Of a stretch of 61,763 nucleotides of DNA, positions 1 through 8,580 are shown one piece after another (within the stretch, counting starts at the first letter, position 1; each line of letters begins with the position of its first letter). This stretch comes from an uncultured Planctomycetales bacterium (lineage in GTDB: Bacteria; Omnitrophota; Gorgyraeia; Aquiviventales; Aquiviventaceae). The position numbers and the translations under genes were made by a program. The stretch lies in the NCBI GenBank assembly GCA_964372775.1, contig CAYJRJ010000002.1, positions 1-61,763 on the forward strand, given 5' to 3'. The notes below the pieces were generated by a model. The model saw only the letters and a program-made list of their open reading frames with translations, had not been told where the DNA came from and made no database searches.

Positions 1-2
1 AC

Positions 3-290
3 GAGATCGTCTTTGCGCCCGAAGCCGTCCGAGACGTGCGGAACTTGCGGGCGCACGTGCGATCGATAGTGCGGGACGGGATCGAAACATCCTTGCGTCA
101 CGCGCCGACAACAGTGAGCAAGAGCCGCATCAAGCGCCTGCGAGGGCTCGCCCGCCCGCAGTTCCGCTTGCGCCTGGGAGAGGTTCGGGTCTACTACGAT
201 GTCAGAGAATCGAGCGTCGAGGTTCTGGCCGTGGTGCCGAAGTCCGAAGCCGCTGCGTGGCTGATGAGACGGGAGGGAAGATCAGCATGA
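3..290 (+). CDS. RelE/ParE-family type II toxin (5' end cut by window edge)
   Basis: The frame is open from the window edge. The core IKRLRGLARPQFRLRLGEVRVYYDV...VEVLAVVPKSEA fits the RelE/ParE pattern (K-L-x-G, yRlRvGdyRviY, v-vl-v). Stop TGA 288-290 overlaps the next ATG. Confidence 0.75.
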   Translation, partial: EIVFAPEAVRDVRNLRAHVRSIVRDGIETSLRHAPTTVSKSRIKRLRGLARPQFRLRLGEVRVYYDVRESSVEVLAVVPKSEAAAWLMRREGRSA

Positions 291-535
291 AACGGATCGC
301 GCTGTCTGACGTCAAGGACGACCTGTCAAAGTATCTGCACGTGGCGGAGCACGAGGAGATTGTGATTACGCGGCACGGCAAGCCCGCCGGGATCCTCATC
401 GGCTTCACGTCAGAGGATGACTGGTTTGAGTATCGGCTGGAGCATGATCCCCGCTTCGTGCGGCGCATCGAAGCCGCGAGGAAGAGCCTGCAGAAAGGAC
501 AGGGCGTCCGATTCGAGGATGTTGACTGGTCGTAG
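287..535 (+). CDS. Phd/YefM-family antitoxin
   Basis: MKRIALSDVKDDLSKYLHVAEHEEIVITRHGKPAGILIGF is a typical Phd/YefM N-terminus. ATG 287 forms an ATGA overlap with the toxin stop. Confidence 0.8.
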   Translation: MKRIALSDVKDDLSKYLHVAEHEEIVITRHGKPAGILIGFTSEDDWFEYRLEHDPRFVRRIEAARKSLQKGQGVRFEDVDWS

Positions 536-639
536 GGAACCCCTGGAGACGCATAACCCGTCCCCCTCGGTACCCGGTCCCTCAAGCACATTCGATGCCA
601 GGTCGAGACGATCACCCGGAAGCTCCTGCGCGGGACACC

Positions 640-969
640 ATGAAGGATTGGACGGCGCTTCGAGAGCGGTATCAACAAGACGCCCCAGCAGTCCAGTTGG
701 GGGGCCTTGCGTCCCATCTGGGCCGGATCGCGTGGTGTGCGCAGCGACAGGGCCGGAACCAGGCCTTACCCCTGTTTCGGGAGAGCAAGTACTTCACTGA
801 ATGGGCCGCTCCAGCATGCACGCTGGAGCAGCAAGCCGTCCTCGCCGAGGTGCAGTTTCAGCTCGCCTGGTGGGAACGGGGGTGGGGAACGCGCGTCGCA
901 CCAGGGGGCATTGCCGAGCAAGCCCAGCAGTGGTCGCTTCGGGTATTGAAGTTCGCCGGTCTCAGGTAG
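640..969 (+). CDS. hypothetical protein (110 aa, Trp-rich, no recognised family)
   Basis: ORF with ATG at 640. Its stop is 3 nt before the sdhB-like ATG, suggesting co-translation. No motif recognised. Confidence 0.4.
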   Translation: MKDWTALRERYQQDAPAVQLGGLASHLGRIAWCAQRQGRNQALPLFRESKYFTEWAAPACTLEQQAVLAEVQFQLAWWERGWGTRVAPGGIAEQAQQWSLRVLKFAGLR

Positions 970-972
970 GCT

Positions 973-1731
973 ATGAACCTTACGCTAAAAGTATGGCGGC
1001 AGAAGAACGCGAGCGATCCAGGGCGCTTCGAGACATACGAGGCCAAGGAGATCAGCCCGGACCTCTCGTTCCTCGAGATGCTCGACCTCGTGAACGATGA
1101 CCTCCAGCGGCGCGGGATCGAGCCCATCGCGTTCGATCATGACTGCCGCGAGGGGATCTGCGGTGCGTGCTCGATGATGATCAACGGCTTCCCGCACGGA
1201 CCGGAGCCCGCGGTCGCGACCTGCCAACTCTTCATGCGCCACTTCAAAGATGGCGACACGATTATCATCGAGCCGTGGCGGGCGCAGGCGTTTCCGGTCA
1301 TCAAGGATCTCGTGGTGGATCGTAGTGCGTTCGACCGGATTCTGCAGGCCGGCGGCTACGTCTCGGTGGACACCGGTGAGGCACCAGAGGCCAACTCCAT
1401 CCCAGTGCCCAAGGCTGACGCCGAGACGGCGATGGATGCGGCCGCGTGTATCGGCTGCGGCGCGTGCGTCGCCGCGTGTCCCAACGCGTCGGCGATGCTC
1501 TTCGTCGCGGCAAAAGTCTCGCATCTCGCCAAACTGCCGCAAGGCAAGCCTGAGCGCGCCGAGCGCGCGCGACGGATGGTTGAAGCGATGGACAAGGAAG
1601 GCTTCGGCAACTGCACCAACCACTATGAGTGCATGGCTGCGTGTCCGAAGGAGATCCATGTGACGTTCATCGCGCTCATGAACCGTGAATACCTGAAAGC
1701 CTCCCTCCGGAATCCAAAATCCAAAATCTAA
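973..1731 (+). CDS. sdhB: succinate dehydrogenase / fumarate reductase iron-sulfur subunit
   Basis: Three Cys clusters are present: CREGICGAC (2Fe-2S), [12 protein letters not shown] (4Fe-4S) and [12 protein letters not shown] (3Fe-4S). Length is 252 aa. Confidence 0.9.
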   Translation: MNLTLKVWRQKNASDPGRFETYEAKEISPDLSFLEMLDLVNDDLQRRGIEPIAFDHDCREGICGACSMMINGFPHGPEPAVATCQLFMRHFKDGDTIIIEPWRAQAFPVIKDLVVDRSAFDRILQAGGYVSVDTGEAPEANSIPVPKADAETAMDAAACIGCGACVAACPNASAMLFVAAKVSHLAKLPQGKPERAERARRMVEAMDKEGFGNCTNHYECMAACPKEIHVTFIALMNREYLKASLRNPKSKI

Positions 1732-2292
1732 AACGGCTTTCCTAACGCCGCCCTCGCCCTCGCCTACCTCTTCATCCGTTTCACTCGTTGACCTGGCCGG
1801 GTCCCCGCACAACCCGCTCGCTCCGGCGCGGGCTCTCCCTCGGCGCAGCTCCCGAGGCCCGCGGCCGAGGGACTAGCGCTCGGGATCCCTCAGCCAGAGA
1901 TCCCGAGGCCTCTGGCCGAGGGACGGGCGCCCGGCTGCGGCGCCCCAGCCAGGCAACTCCTCGCCCCGGTCGGGGGCTCGTCGGACAACCTGGCCGTGCT
2001 CGAGAGCGAGGGCGCCTCGCCGTGCTGAGCCCGTGCATGCGCTTCGCCAGGTTGTGCGGGGACCCAGTGAGCACCTCGAACCTCCATGGCGGCGGGTGGC
2101 AGGACATTCGCAGAGCCGCACCTGAAAATTGCGAGCGGGCACGGATCCCCCGCCAACGGCGGGGGAGAGCGAGCAATTTTGAGAGCGCAGCGCGCCACGC
2201 CGGGGCGCGCCAGCGATGCGGCGGGCGAATGTCCTGCCAGGCCCAGCCGCCATGCTCCAGGGCTGTTGGTGGTCCGGCTGCAAGTTGATTCG

Positions 2293-2322
2293 TTGACAAG
2301 GTGTCCAGCGTCTCGGTATGCT
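2293..2322 (+). promoter_or_regulatory. putative sigma70-type promoter (TTGACA-18-TATGCT)
   Basis: TTGACA lies at 2293-2298 and TATGCT at 2317-2322, upstream of the 2475 gene. The -10 overlaps the left arm of the 2320-2460 palindrome. Confidence 0.35.
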
Positions 2323-2460
2323 AGTGCCGTTCCAACTATCTCCGCCGAAGATTTCCCGTACGGGCCAGCCCCGTTCCAACGTGTTGGAACGGGGCCAGCA
2401 GGAACGGAACGGCTTCACGAATCGAACCGGAGCATTTCATCAAGTTGGAACGGCACTAGC
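2320..2460. repeat. 141-nt element with perfect 18-bp terminal inverted repeats and a central 13+2+13 palindrome
   Basis: gctagtgccgttccaact (2320-2337) is the exact reverse complement of agttggaacggcactagc (2443-2460). The central palindrome is gccccgttccaac-gt-gttggaacggggc (2368-2395). The half-site GTTGGAACGG recurs 4-5 times. Confidence 0.8.
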
Positions 2461-2474
2461 ACGGGAATAAACTG

Positions 2475-3359
2475 ATGGCTTCATCGACGACTCGGGTTGG
2501 ATTTCTCGGTCTGGGCATCATGGGCAGCGCGATGGCGACGAACCTCGCGAGGGCCGGATTCCCGCTCCTCGTCTGGAACCGGACGCCGGCCAAGGCGGAA
2601 CCACTCCTCAAAGTCGGCGCTAAGGCCGGCAAGAGTCCGGCCCATGTCGCGGCAGAGGCCGACATCGTCATTACCATGGTGTCTCAACCGAAGGATGTGG
2701 AGGAAGTTGTCCTGGGACCGAGTGGGGCGTTGGAGGGTATCAAGTCCGGCTCGGTGCTGATCGACATGAGCACCGTCTCTCCGGCGACCTCACGCAAACT
2801 CGCGGGTGCGGTGACGACCAAACAGGTCGAATTTCTCGACGCGCCCGTCGTCGGATCGAAAGGGCCGGCCACCGAAGGCGCGCTCGTGATCCTCGTTGGA
2901 GGGTTGCCGACGACGCTGGAACGCTGCCGGCCGATCCTGACGGCGATGGGCAAGACCATCATTCACGCCGGTGGCGTCGGGATGGGCTCGGCGCTGAAGC
3001 TGGCGACAAACCTGATGCTAGCACACTTGGCCGCGGGATTTTCCGAGGGGTTGCTTCTCGTGCAGCGCGCCGGCATCGATCCCAAGCGCTACCTAGAAGT
3101 GCTCGAAGCGAGCACCTTTCGCTCGCCGTGGTTTCAGACCAAAGGTGTGGGCATGATCAAACGCGATTTCTCAACCCACTTTGCGCTCAAGCACATGCGC
3201 AAGGACTTGCGACTCGTGAACGAGTTGAGCCAAGAACTCAGCCTGTCGTTGCCCATTACCATCGCGATCGAACAGCTCTTTGCTCAGTCCGAGGCCGCAG
3301 GCAAGAGCGAGCTCGATTACTCCGCCATTCTCGCCCAGCTCGAACCGCAGCCCGTCTGA
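2475..3359 (+). CDS. NAD(P)-dependent beta-hydroxyacid dehydrogenase family oxidoreductase (3-hydroxyisobutyrate / glyoxylate-succinic semialdehyde reductase-like)
   Basis: N-terminal Rossmann motif VGFLGLGIMGSAMATNL. Also DAPVVGSKGPA, and a length of 294 aa typical of the family. Confidence 0.85.
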   Translation: MASSTTRVGFLGLGIMGSAMATNLARAGFPLLVWNRTPAKAEPLLKVGAKAGKSPAHVAAEADIVITMVSQPKDVEEVVLGPSGALEGIKSGSVLIDMSTVSPATSRKLAGAVTTKQVEFLDAPVVGSKGPATEGALVILVGGLPTTLERCRPILTAMGKTIIHAGGVGMGSALKLATNLMLAHLAAGFSEGLLLVQRAGIDPKRYLEVLEASTFRSPWFQTKGVGMIKRDFSTHFALKHMRKDLRLVNELSQELSLSLPITIAIEQLFAQSEAAGKSELDYSAILAQLEPQPV

Positions 3360-6127
3360 TGGCCCGCCGCGACACGCATCAGGAAAAACTCGCGCCGCTG
3401 CGCCGCGATGTCCACTTTGTCGGTGAGCTGCTCGGGCAGGTCCTCATCCAGCAGGAAGGCCGAGCCTTTTTCGACATCGAAGAGCGGATCCGTAAGCTCG
3501 CCATCCGCGCGCGCCGGGCAGGCGCTGGCCGCGGCGATGCCCAGCTGCGTCGGCTCTTGGCGCACCTGCCGCTGGCCACCGCAGAGAAGATCATCCGCGC
3601 CTTCTCGGTCTACTTCCAGCTCGTCAACCTCGCTGAGGAAACGCACCGGTTGCGCCGCAAACGCCACTACGAGACGCTGCCCGGCTTCCATCCCCAACGC
3701 GGCTCCATCGAAGACGTGGTCCACCGCCTGGCCCAGGCGCGCATCTCCTATGAGACGCTGGCGAAACGCACGGCTGACGTGTCGATTACGCTCGTGCTAA
3801 CTGCGCATCCGACCCAAGCGCTCCCCCCGACGGTGCTGATGAAGCACCGGGCGATCTGGGAGCTGCTCATGAAGCGCCAGCTCCTCAATCCGTCCCCCAA
3901 GGAAGAGCAGGCGATCACCCGCGAGCTGCTCGAGCAGATCATGAGCCTGTGGCAGACGGATGAGCTGCGCACAAGCCGCCCCACCATCCAGGATGAAGTT
4001 GAGCAAGGGCTCTACTATCTGTCGACCGTGCTCTACGACGCGCTCGCTGAGGTCGTCATGGCGTTTCGCACCGACGTGGAGCGAGTCTATGGCCGGACCT
4101 TGCCCCTGCATCCTCTGGTGCGCGGCGGCAGCTGGATCGGCGGCGACAAGGACGGCAATCCCAATGTCACCCATGAGTCGCTGCGCTGGGCGCTGTTGCG
4201 CTACCGGCAGGCGATTCTAGAGAACTATCTCGGCTCGCTGGACCGGCTGCACGAGCATTTGACCCACTCGGATCAGCTCTGCCGCATGCTGCCCGCGTTC
4301 ATGCGCTCGCTCGCGAATGACCGGCGCAGCTTCCCGGCGCTGGTGGAATCGCTGGACCAGCGGTTCCCGCATCAGCCGTACCGGCAGAAGCTGGCACTCA
4401 TGAGCCACCGGCTGCGCCAGCTCCTGCGCTATCCGGCGGAAGGGGAAGGCGGCTACTCCAGTGTGGAGGAGTTCCTCCATGATGTGCAGCTGCTCCAGCG
4501 CAGCCTGCTGGCCCATCGCGCCGAGCCGATCGCCAACCATGACGTGGCGAAGCTGTGCCTGCAGATCTCGCTGTTCGGGTTCGCCTTCGCTCGGCTCGAC
4601 GTGCGCGACCATAGTCAACGCCACGTGGCGGCATTTGCTGAACTGGTCCGGCTCCATGAGCTTTCGCCGCAGGACCCGATGGCGATACCTCAGGCCCAGC
4701 GGCGCGAGCTCCTCGACCAGTTGCTCAGCCAGCCGCGCTACATCGAGCTGCTCAAGGGATGCTCGCCCGACACCCGGGAGGTGGTGCGCACCTTTCAGGT
4801 GATGGCGCAGCATCTCGATGACGTGGACCCGGAGGCGATCGACGGCTACATCATCAGCATGACGCGCAGTGCTAGCGATGTGCTGACCGTCCTGTGGTTT
4901 TTCCAGCAGGCGGACCTGTTCCGCCGCACGACTCGAGGCTGGTGGAGTGGGGCGAACATCATCCCGCTGTTCGAGGGGATCGAGGATCTGCGCAACGCCC
5001 CCGGCATCATGGAGGAGCTCTACCGGCACCCCGTCTATCAGCAGTACCTGCGCGCCCGTGAAGGCCGGCAGCAGATTCAGCTCGGCTACTCCGATTCCAA
5101 CAAGGACGGAGGATTTTTTACCGCGAACTGGGAGCTGTATCAGGCGCAGCGCCGACTGCATGCGGTGGCCAAGCGGCATCGCGTTGATCTCCAGCTGTTC
5201 CACGGCCGCGGCGGGGCCATCGGCCGCGGCGGAGGGCCGCTGCATCAAGCCATCCTGGCGCAGCCGCGCGGCACCCTCGAGGGTCGCATCAAAATCACCG
5301 AGCAGGGTGAGGTGATTGCCGCGAAATACTCCACGCCCATGCTGGCATTGCGCAACCTGGAGCTGGTGCTCTCGGCGGTGCTCGAGGCATCACTCATCGC
5401 CCCGAAGCTGCCGGCGCACCTTGCGGCATGGGAAGAGGCGATGGAGGAGCTCTCGCGCTTAGCCTACCAGCGATACCGGCAGGCCGTGTACGAGGACGAA
5501 TCGTTCATCCGCTATTTCGAGCAGGCGACGCCGATCGATGCCATCAGCGAATTTCGGATCGGCTCGCGGCCGGCGCGCCGCAGCGCCTCCCGACGCATCG
5601 AGGATTTGCGGGCGATTCCGTGGGTCTTCAGCTGGGTGCAGAGCCGGCAACTGTTGCCGAGCTGGTTTCCGTTCGGCTTGGCCGTGGAGCAATTCACCCG
5701 ATCGCACTCGGGAGGGCTCGACGCGCTGCGGCAGATGTACGCGGGCTTTCCGTGGTTTCACGTGATGGTCGAGTTCATTCAGATGAGCATGGGAATGGCG
5801 GATCTGCGCATCGCGCGGCAGTACGCGTCGCTGGTAAGGCCATCGGCGCTGGGCCGGCGGATCTTCGGTCTGCTGGAAGAAGAGTTCCATCGCTCGCGCC
5901 GAGCGGTCATGGCGATTACGCAGCAGCGAGAGCTGTTGGACTCCAACTATGTCCTCCAGAACGCCATCCGGCTGCGCAATCCTTATGTGGATCCCATCAG
6001 CCTGCTGCAGGTGCGGTTCTTGCAGGAGCGGCGGCAGGCAAGGGGATCGCAAGAGCGTAAACGGCTCGAGCGGCCCCTGGCGCTGACCATCAACGGCATC
6101 GCCGCCGGCATGCGACATACTGGATGA
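3359..6127 (+). CDS. ppc: phosphoenolpyruvate carboxylase
   Basis: VLTAHPTQ, GRGGAIGRGGGP and the C-terminal INGIAAGMRHTG signatures are present. ATG 3359 overlaps the upstream stop (TGATG). The longer ORF-track start at 3128 overlaps the previous gene. Confidence 0.93.
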   Translation: MARRDTHQEKLAPLRRDVHFVGELLGQVLIQQEGRAFFDIEERIRKLAIRARRAGAGRGDAQLRRLLAHLPLATAEKIIRAFSVYFQLVNLAEETHRLRRKRHYETLPGFHPQRGSIEDVVHRLAQARISYETLAKRTADVSITLVLTAHPTQALPPTVLMKHRAIWELLMKRQLLNPSPKEEQAITRELLEQIMSLWQTDELRTSRPTIQDEVEQGLYYLSTVLYDALAEVVMAFRTDVERVYGRTLPLHPLVRGGSWIGGDKDGNPNVTHESLRWALLRYRQAILENYLGSLDRLHEHLTHSDQLCRMLPAFMRSLANDRRSFPALVESLDQRFPHQPYRQKLALMSHRLRQLLRYPAEGEGGYSSVEEFLHDVQLLQRSLLAHRAEPIANHDVAKLCLQISLFGFAFARLDVRDHSQRHVAAFAELVRLHELSPQDPMAIPQAQRRELLDQLLSQPRYIELLKGCSPDTREVVRTFQVMAQHLDDVDPEAIDGYIISMTRSASDVLTVLWFFQQADLFRRTTRGWWSGANIIPLFEGIEDLRNAPGIMEELYRHPVYQQYLRAREGRQQIQLGYSDSNKDGGFFTANWELYQAQRRLHAVAKRHRVDLQLFHGRGGAIGRGGGPLHQAILAQPRGTLEGRIKITEQGEVIAAKYSTPMLALRNLELVLSAVLEASLIAPKLPAHLAAWEEAMEELSRLAYQRYRQAVYEDESFIRYFEQATPIDAISEFRIGSRPARRSASRRIEDLRAIPWVFSWVQSRQLLPSWFPFGLAVEQFTRSHSGGLDALRQMYAGFPWFHVMVEFIQMSMGMADLRIARQYASLVRPSALGRRIFGLLEEEFHRSRRAVMAITQQRELLDSNYVLQNAIRLRNPYVDPISLLQVRFLQERRQARGSQERKRLERPLALTINGIAAGMRHTG

Positions 6128-6140
6128 CGAGCAACGGAGC

Positions 6141-6192
6141 GTAACGCGTAAGGCGTAACGCGTAACGTTACGCGTTTCACGTTACGCGTTAC
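6141..6192. repeat. hairpin built from tandem heptamers (GTAACGC / GTTACGC), probable terminator after ppc
   Basis: gtaacgc gtaaggc gtaacgc gtaac | gttacgc gtttcac gttacgc gttac. The arms are near-complementary. Confidence 0.8.
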
Positions 6193-6202
6193 ACGAGCGC
6201 AT

Positions 6203-6835
6203 ATGGGTACTCTGCTCATCTCGGCGGCGTCGGTGGCGTTCTTCCACGCGCTGGCCCCGGATCACTGGGTGCCGTTCGTCGCGCTGGCCAAGAGCTCGCG
6301 CTGGAGCATGGCGAAGCTCGGATGGGTCGCGCTGCTCGCAGGAATCGGCCACGTGGTCTCCTCGCTCCTGCTGGGTCTGATCGGGTTATGGGCGGGTCTG
6401 ATGATCCACCATGTCAAGGGCGCGGAGGCGTGGCGGGGCCGCGTGGGCATCTGGCTGCTCATCGGCTTTGGCGTCGCGTACGCGCTCTGGGGACTCAAGC
6501 ACGCACAGCATCACCATCCCCACGTCTCGGTTGAAGAGGCCGTGAAGGTCTATGCCGTGCGCCGCATGTGGATGCTCTTCGCGATCATGGTGTTCGGCCC
6601 GTGCGAGCCGCTCATCCCGCTGATGTTCGTGGCGTCGGAGCAGGGGATGACGACGGTGTGGACGATGAGCGCGCTCTTCTCAGTTGTGACCGTGGCGATG
6701 GTTGTGGGGCAGAGCTGTCTGAGCTACGCCGGCGTGCGCCTGATCAATACCCCGTGGATGGAGCGCTACGCCCACGCGCTTGCGGGTCTCGTGATCGTGC
6801 TGACAGCAATCTTCGTGTTGGTGAGTGGCGTGTAA
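6203..6835 (+). CDS. RcnA/NicO-like metal (Ni/Co) transporter membrane protein
   Basis: HALAPDHW motif in TM1, His-rich loop HAQHHHPH and a second-half FGPCEPLIP motif. About 6 predicted TM helices. The family call is tentative. Confidence 0.5.
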   Translation: MGTLLISAASVAFFHALAPDHWVPFVALAKSSRWSMAKLGWVALLAGIGHVVSSLLLGLIGLWAGLMIHHVKGAEAWRGRVGIWLLIGFGVAYALWGLKHAQHHHPHVSVEEAVKVYAVRRMWMLFAIMVFGPCEPLIPLMFVASEQGMTTVWTMSALFSVVTVAMVVGQSCLSYAGVRLINTPWMERYAHALAGLVIVLTAIFVLVSGV

Positions 6836-6845
6836 CTCCGTAAAA

Positions 6846-6884
6846 CATCATCCCCGCTCCGGCATCGCCGAAGCGGGGATGATG
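6846..6884. terminator. bidirectional stem-loop between convergent genes
   Basis: catcatccccgc (6846-6857) pairs with gcggggatgatg (6873-6884) in a perfect 12-bp stem. Confidence 0.6.
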
Positions 6885-6905
6885 AAGAAGTCGAGAAGGT
6901 TGGGC

Positions 6906-7268
6906 TTAGCCGCTGAGCAGCTGCGTGCCGCCTTCAGGCAACGGCACGTCGATTTGGGGCAGGGGGAATGTCACGGTGTGGAGCGCCCCGCCGATCGTAT
7001 TGCACAGCGCATCCTTCACGCCGGCGCCAACCCCAACGAAGAAGTTACCACCCGCATCCATCGCTTCCTTTGGTTCAATGAAGAGGTCTGTCCAACCAAG
7101 CAAGAGGTTCTTCAATCCGTACCCCAGCTTGGCCTTGGCTTGATTGCCCCAGCCCGTCTCTTCGGCCCATGCGCTCGCCGCATGCCCAATCGTTGGAGCA
7201 GCCAGCACGCCAACCACGACCAGCACCGCAAGGCTGGCAACCAATCCCATTCGTCGTCCCATGTCCAC
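6906..7268 (-). CDS. small secreted protein resembling the exosortase-associated TIGR04073 family
   Basis: Signal peptide, then KLGYGLKNLLLGWTDLFIEPK and HTVTFPLP. These match the remembered KLGRGxxNxxxGWxEIP ... TFPxP pattern of TIGR04073. Confidence 0.6.
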   Translation of the reverse strand: MDMGRRMGLVASLAVLVVVGVLAAPTIGHAASAWAEETGWGNQAKAKLGYGLKNLLLGWTDLFIEPKEAMDAGGNFFVGVGAGVKDALCNTIGGALHTVTFPLPQIDVPLPEGGTQLLSG

Positions 7269-7389
7269 CTCCTATGTTGGAGGCAAGTGTAGCGACTCTG
7301 GCCGTGTCTGTCAAGTTTCTTTTTATTCTTTAAGCGTTCTTCATTGATTGTATTGACTTTTGAGCCGACTTTCCCGTAAAGTAACTGCC

Positions 7390-8580
7390 ATGCGAGCGAA
7401 CCGAACACTGATTGTCACGACCTGGTTAAGTCTTCTGGGCATGGGGGTGTGTGCCTACCTCGTCTATCTCCATATCGGCCTGATGCGGGGGGAGCTGCTG
7501 GGGGGTATCGTGTGCGGCTCCGGCGTCTTTGACTGCCATGCGGTGACGGCCGGCGCCTGGGGTTCGTTTCTGGGGATGCCGCTCGCCCTCTGGGGTCTGC
7601 TGGGTTACGTGACCGTCTTCTCGCTGTCATTGTTGGGGTTACAATCGACTGAATGGACGAACGACGTCTTGCCGGTCCTGTGTGTCGTCACCTTGGGTGT
7701 GGTCCTGCTCGATGCAGCGCTGTTTGCGATCATGGCGTTTGTCATCCGGTTCTTCTGCATCCTGTGCCTGACGACCTATTGTATCAATCTCGTGCTCCTA
7801 CTGCTCGTGTGGCGCGGGCTGGGCCGTCCAGCGCCCCAGGCGCTGCAAGCCATCGGTTCCTCACTCGCAAAGCTGCTGCCGTCCCGCCAGCGGCCGGCGA
7901 CGTCACTGTTTTGGGGCATCCTGCTGGTGGGTGCTTTCGGCACGTTCGGGGTCCATGCGGCCACCATGTTTGTCAGCCGGGGTGCGCCGGGCACCGTGCG
8001 CAAGCAGATCGGAGAGTTTGTCACCAAGCAGCAGCGGGTGCGTGTGGACACGGCGGGTGATCCCTCGCTCGGACCTGCCAATGCGAAGTTTGAAGTGGTC
8101 GAGTTCAGCGACTTTTTCTGCCCCGCTTGCCAGCGGGCTTCGAAGATGAACCACATCATGCTGGCCAGCCACCGCGGCGATGTCCGCTTCGTGTTCAAGA
8201 ACTATCCGTTGGATTCCAGCTGCAACCCCAACGTGTCCCGGATCGTGCATCCGGGTGCTTGCCGGATGGCGGCGGCGGCCGAGTGCGCCCATCTGCAAGG
8301 TGCGTTCTGGCCGTTCCACGATCTCGTGTTTGAGCACGGACACGACTACAAGGTCACCCGTCTGAACGAGGACGCGCGGCAGCTTGGAATTGATGTGGCC
8401 GCCTTCGAGAGGTGTCTCACGTCTGGAGAGGGGTCGGAGGCGGTCAAGCGGGATATCGCCGAGGCCGGCAAGGCCAGCGTCAGCAGCACGCCGACCTATG
8501 TAATCAACGGGCTGCCGATGGCCGGGCAGCTGCAGCCCTCGGTGTTTGAAGAGGTGCTGGACGTGCTGCGCAATGACTAA
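7390..8580 (+). CDS. VKOR-domain / DsbA-like thioredoxin-fold fusion thiol:disulfide oxidoreductase
   Basis: The N-terminal polytopic VKOR-like part carries CGSGVFDC and CILC. The C-terminal thioredoxin fold carries FFCPAC. The start is uncertain (TTG 7360 or ATG 7390). Confidence 0.8.
   Translation: MRANRTLIVTTWLSLLGMGVCAYLVYLHIGLMRGELLGGIVCGSGVFDCHAVTAGAWGSFLGMPLALWGLLGYVTVFSLSLLGLQSTEWTNDVLPVLCVVTLGVVLLDAALFAIMAFVIRFFCILCLTTYCINLVLLLLVWRGLGRPAPQALQAIGSSLAKLLPSRQRPATSLFWGILLVGAFGTFGVHAATMFVSRGAPGTVRKQIGEFVTKQQRVRVDTAGDPSLGPANAKFEVVEFSDFFCPACQRASKMNHIMLASHRGDVRFVFKNYPLDSSCNPNVSRIVHPGACRMAAAAECAHLQGAFWPFHDLVFEHGHDYKVTRLNEDARQLGIDVAAFERCLTSGEGSEAVKRDIAEAGKASVSSTPTYVINGLPMAGQLQPSVFEEVLDVLRND

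Noticed and set aside
1781-2418. Several 100-180-aa ORFs occur on both strands in the sdhB-dehydrogenase gap.
   Set aside because: All are Arg/Pro/Ala/Gly-rich, mutually overlapping and without recognisable motifs. I treat the region as non-coding or a decayed remnant.
2320-2460. The 141-nt closed-stem structure could be 6S RNA or a riboswitch.
   Set aside because: The putative -10 overlaps the 5' arm, so the full stem would probably not be transcribed from that promoter. The perfect 18-bp and 13-bp palindromes look more like DNA-level repeats or operators than a conserved aptamer. No known riboswitch core motif was recognised. The locus is kept as a finding with alternatives.
3128-3358. The ORF track extends ppc upstream, giving a 999-aa ORF.
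   Set aside because: The extension overlaps the 3' end of the dehydrogenase gene in another frame and is Arg/His-rich. PEPC homology begins at MARRDTHQEKLAPLRRDV (ATG 3359).
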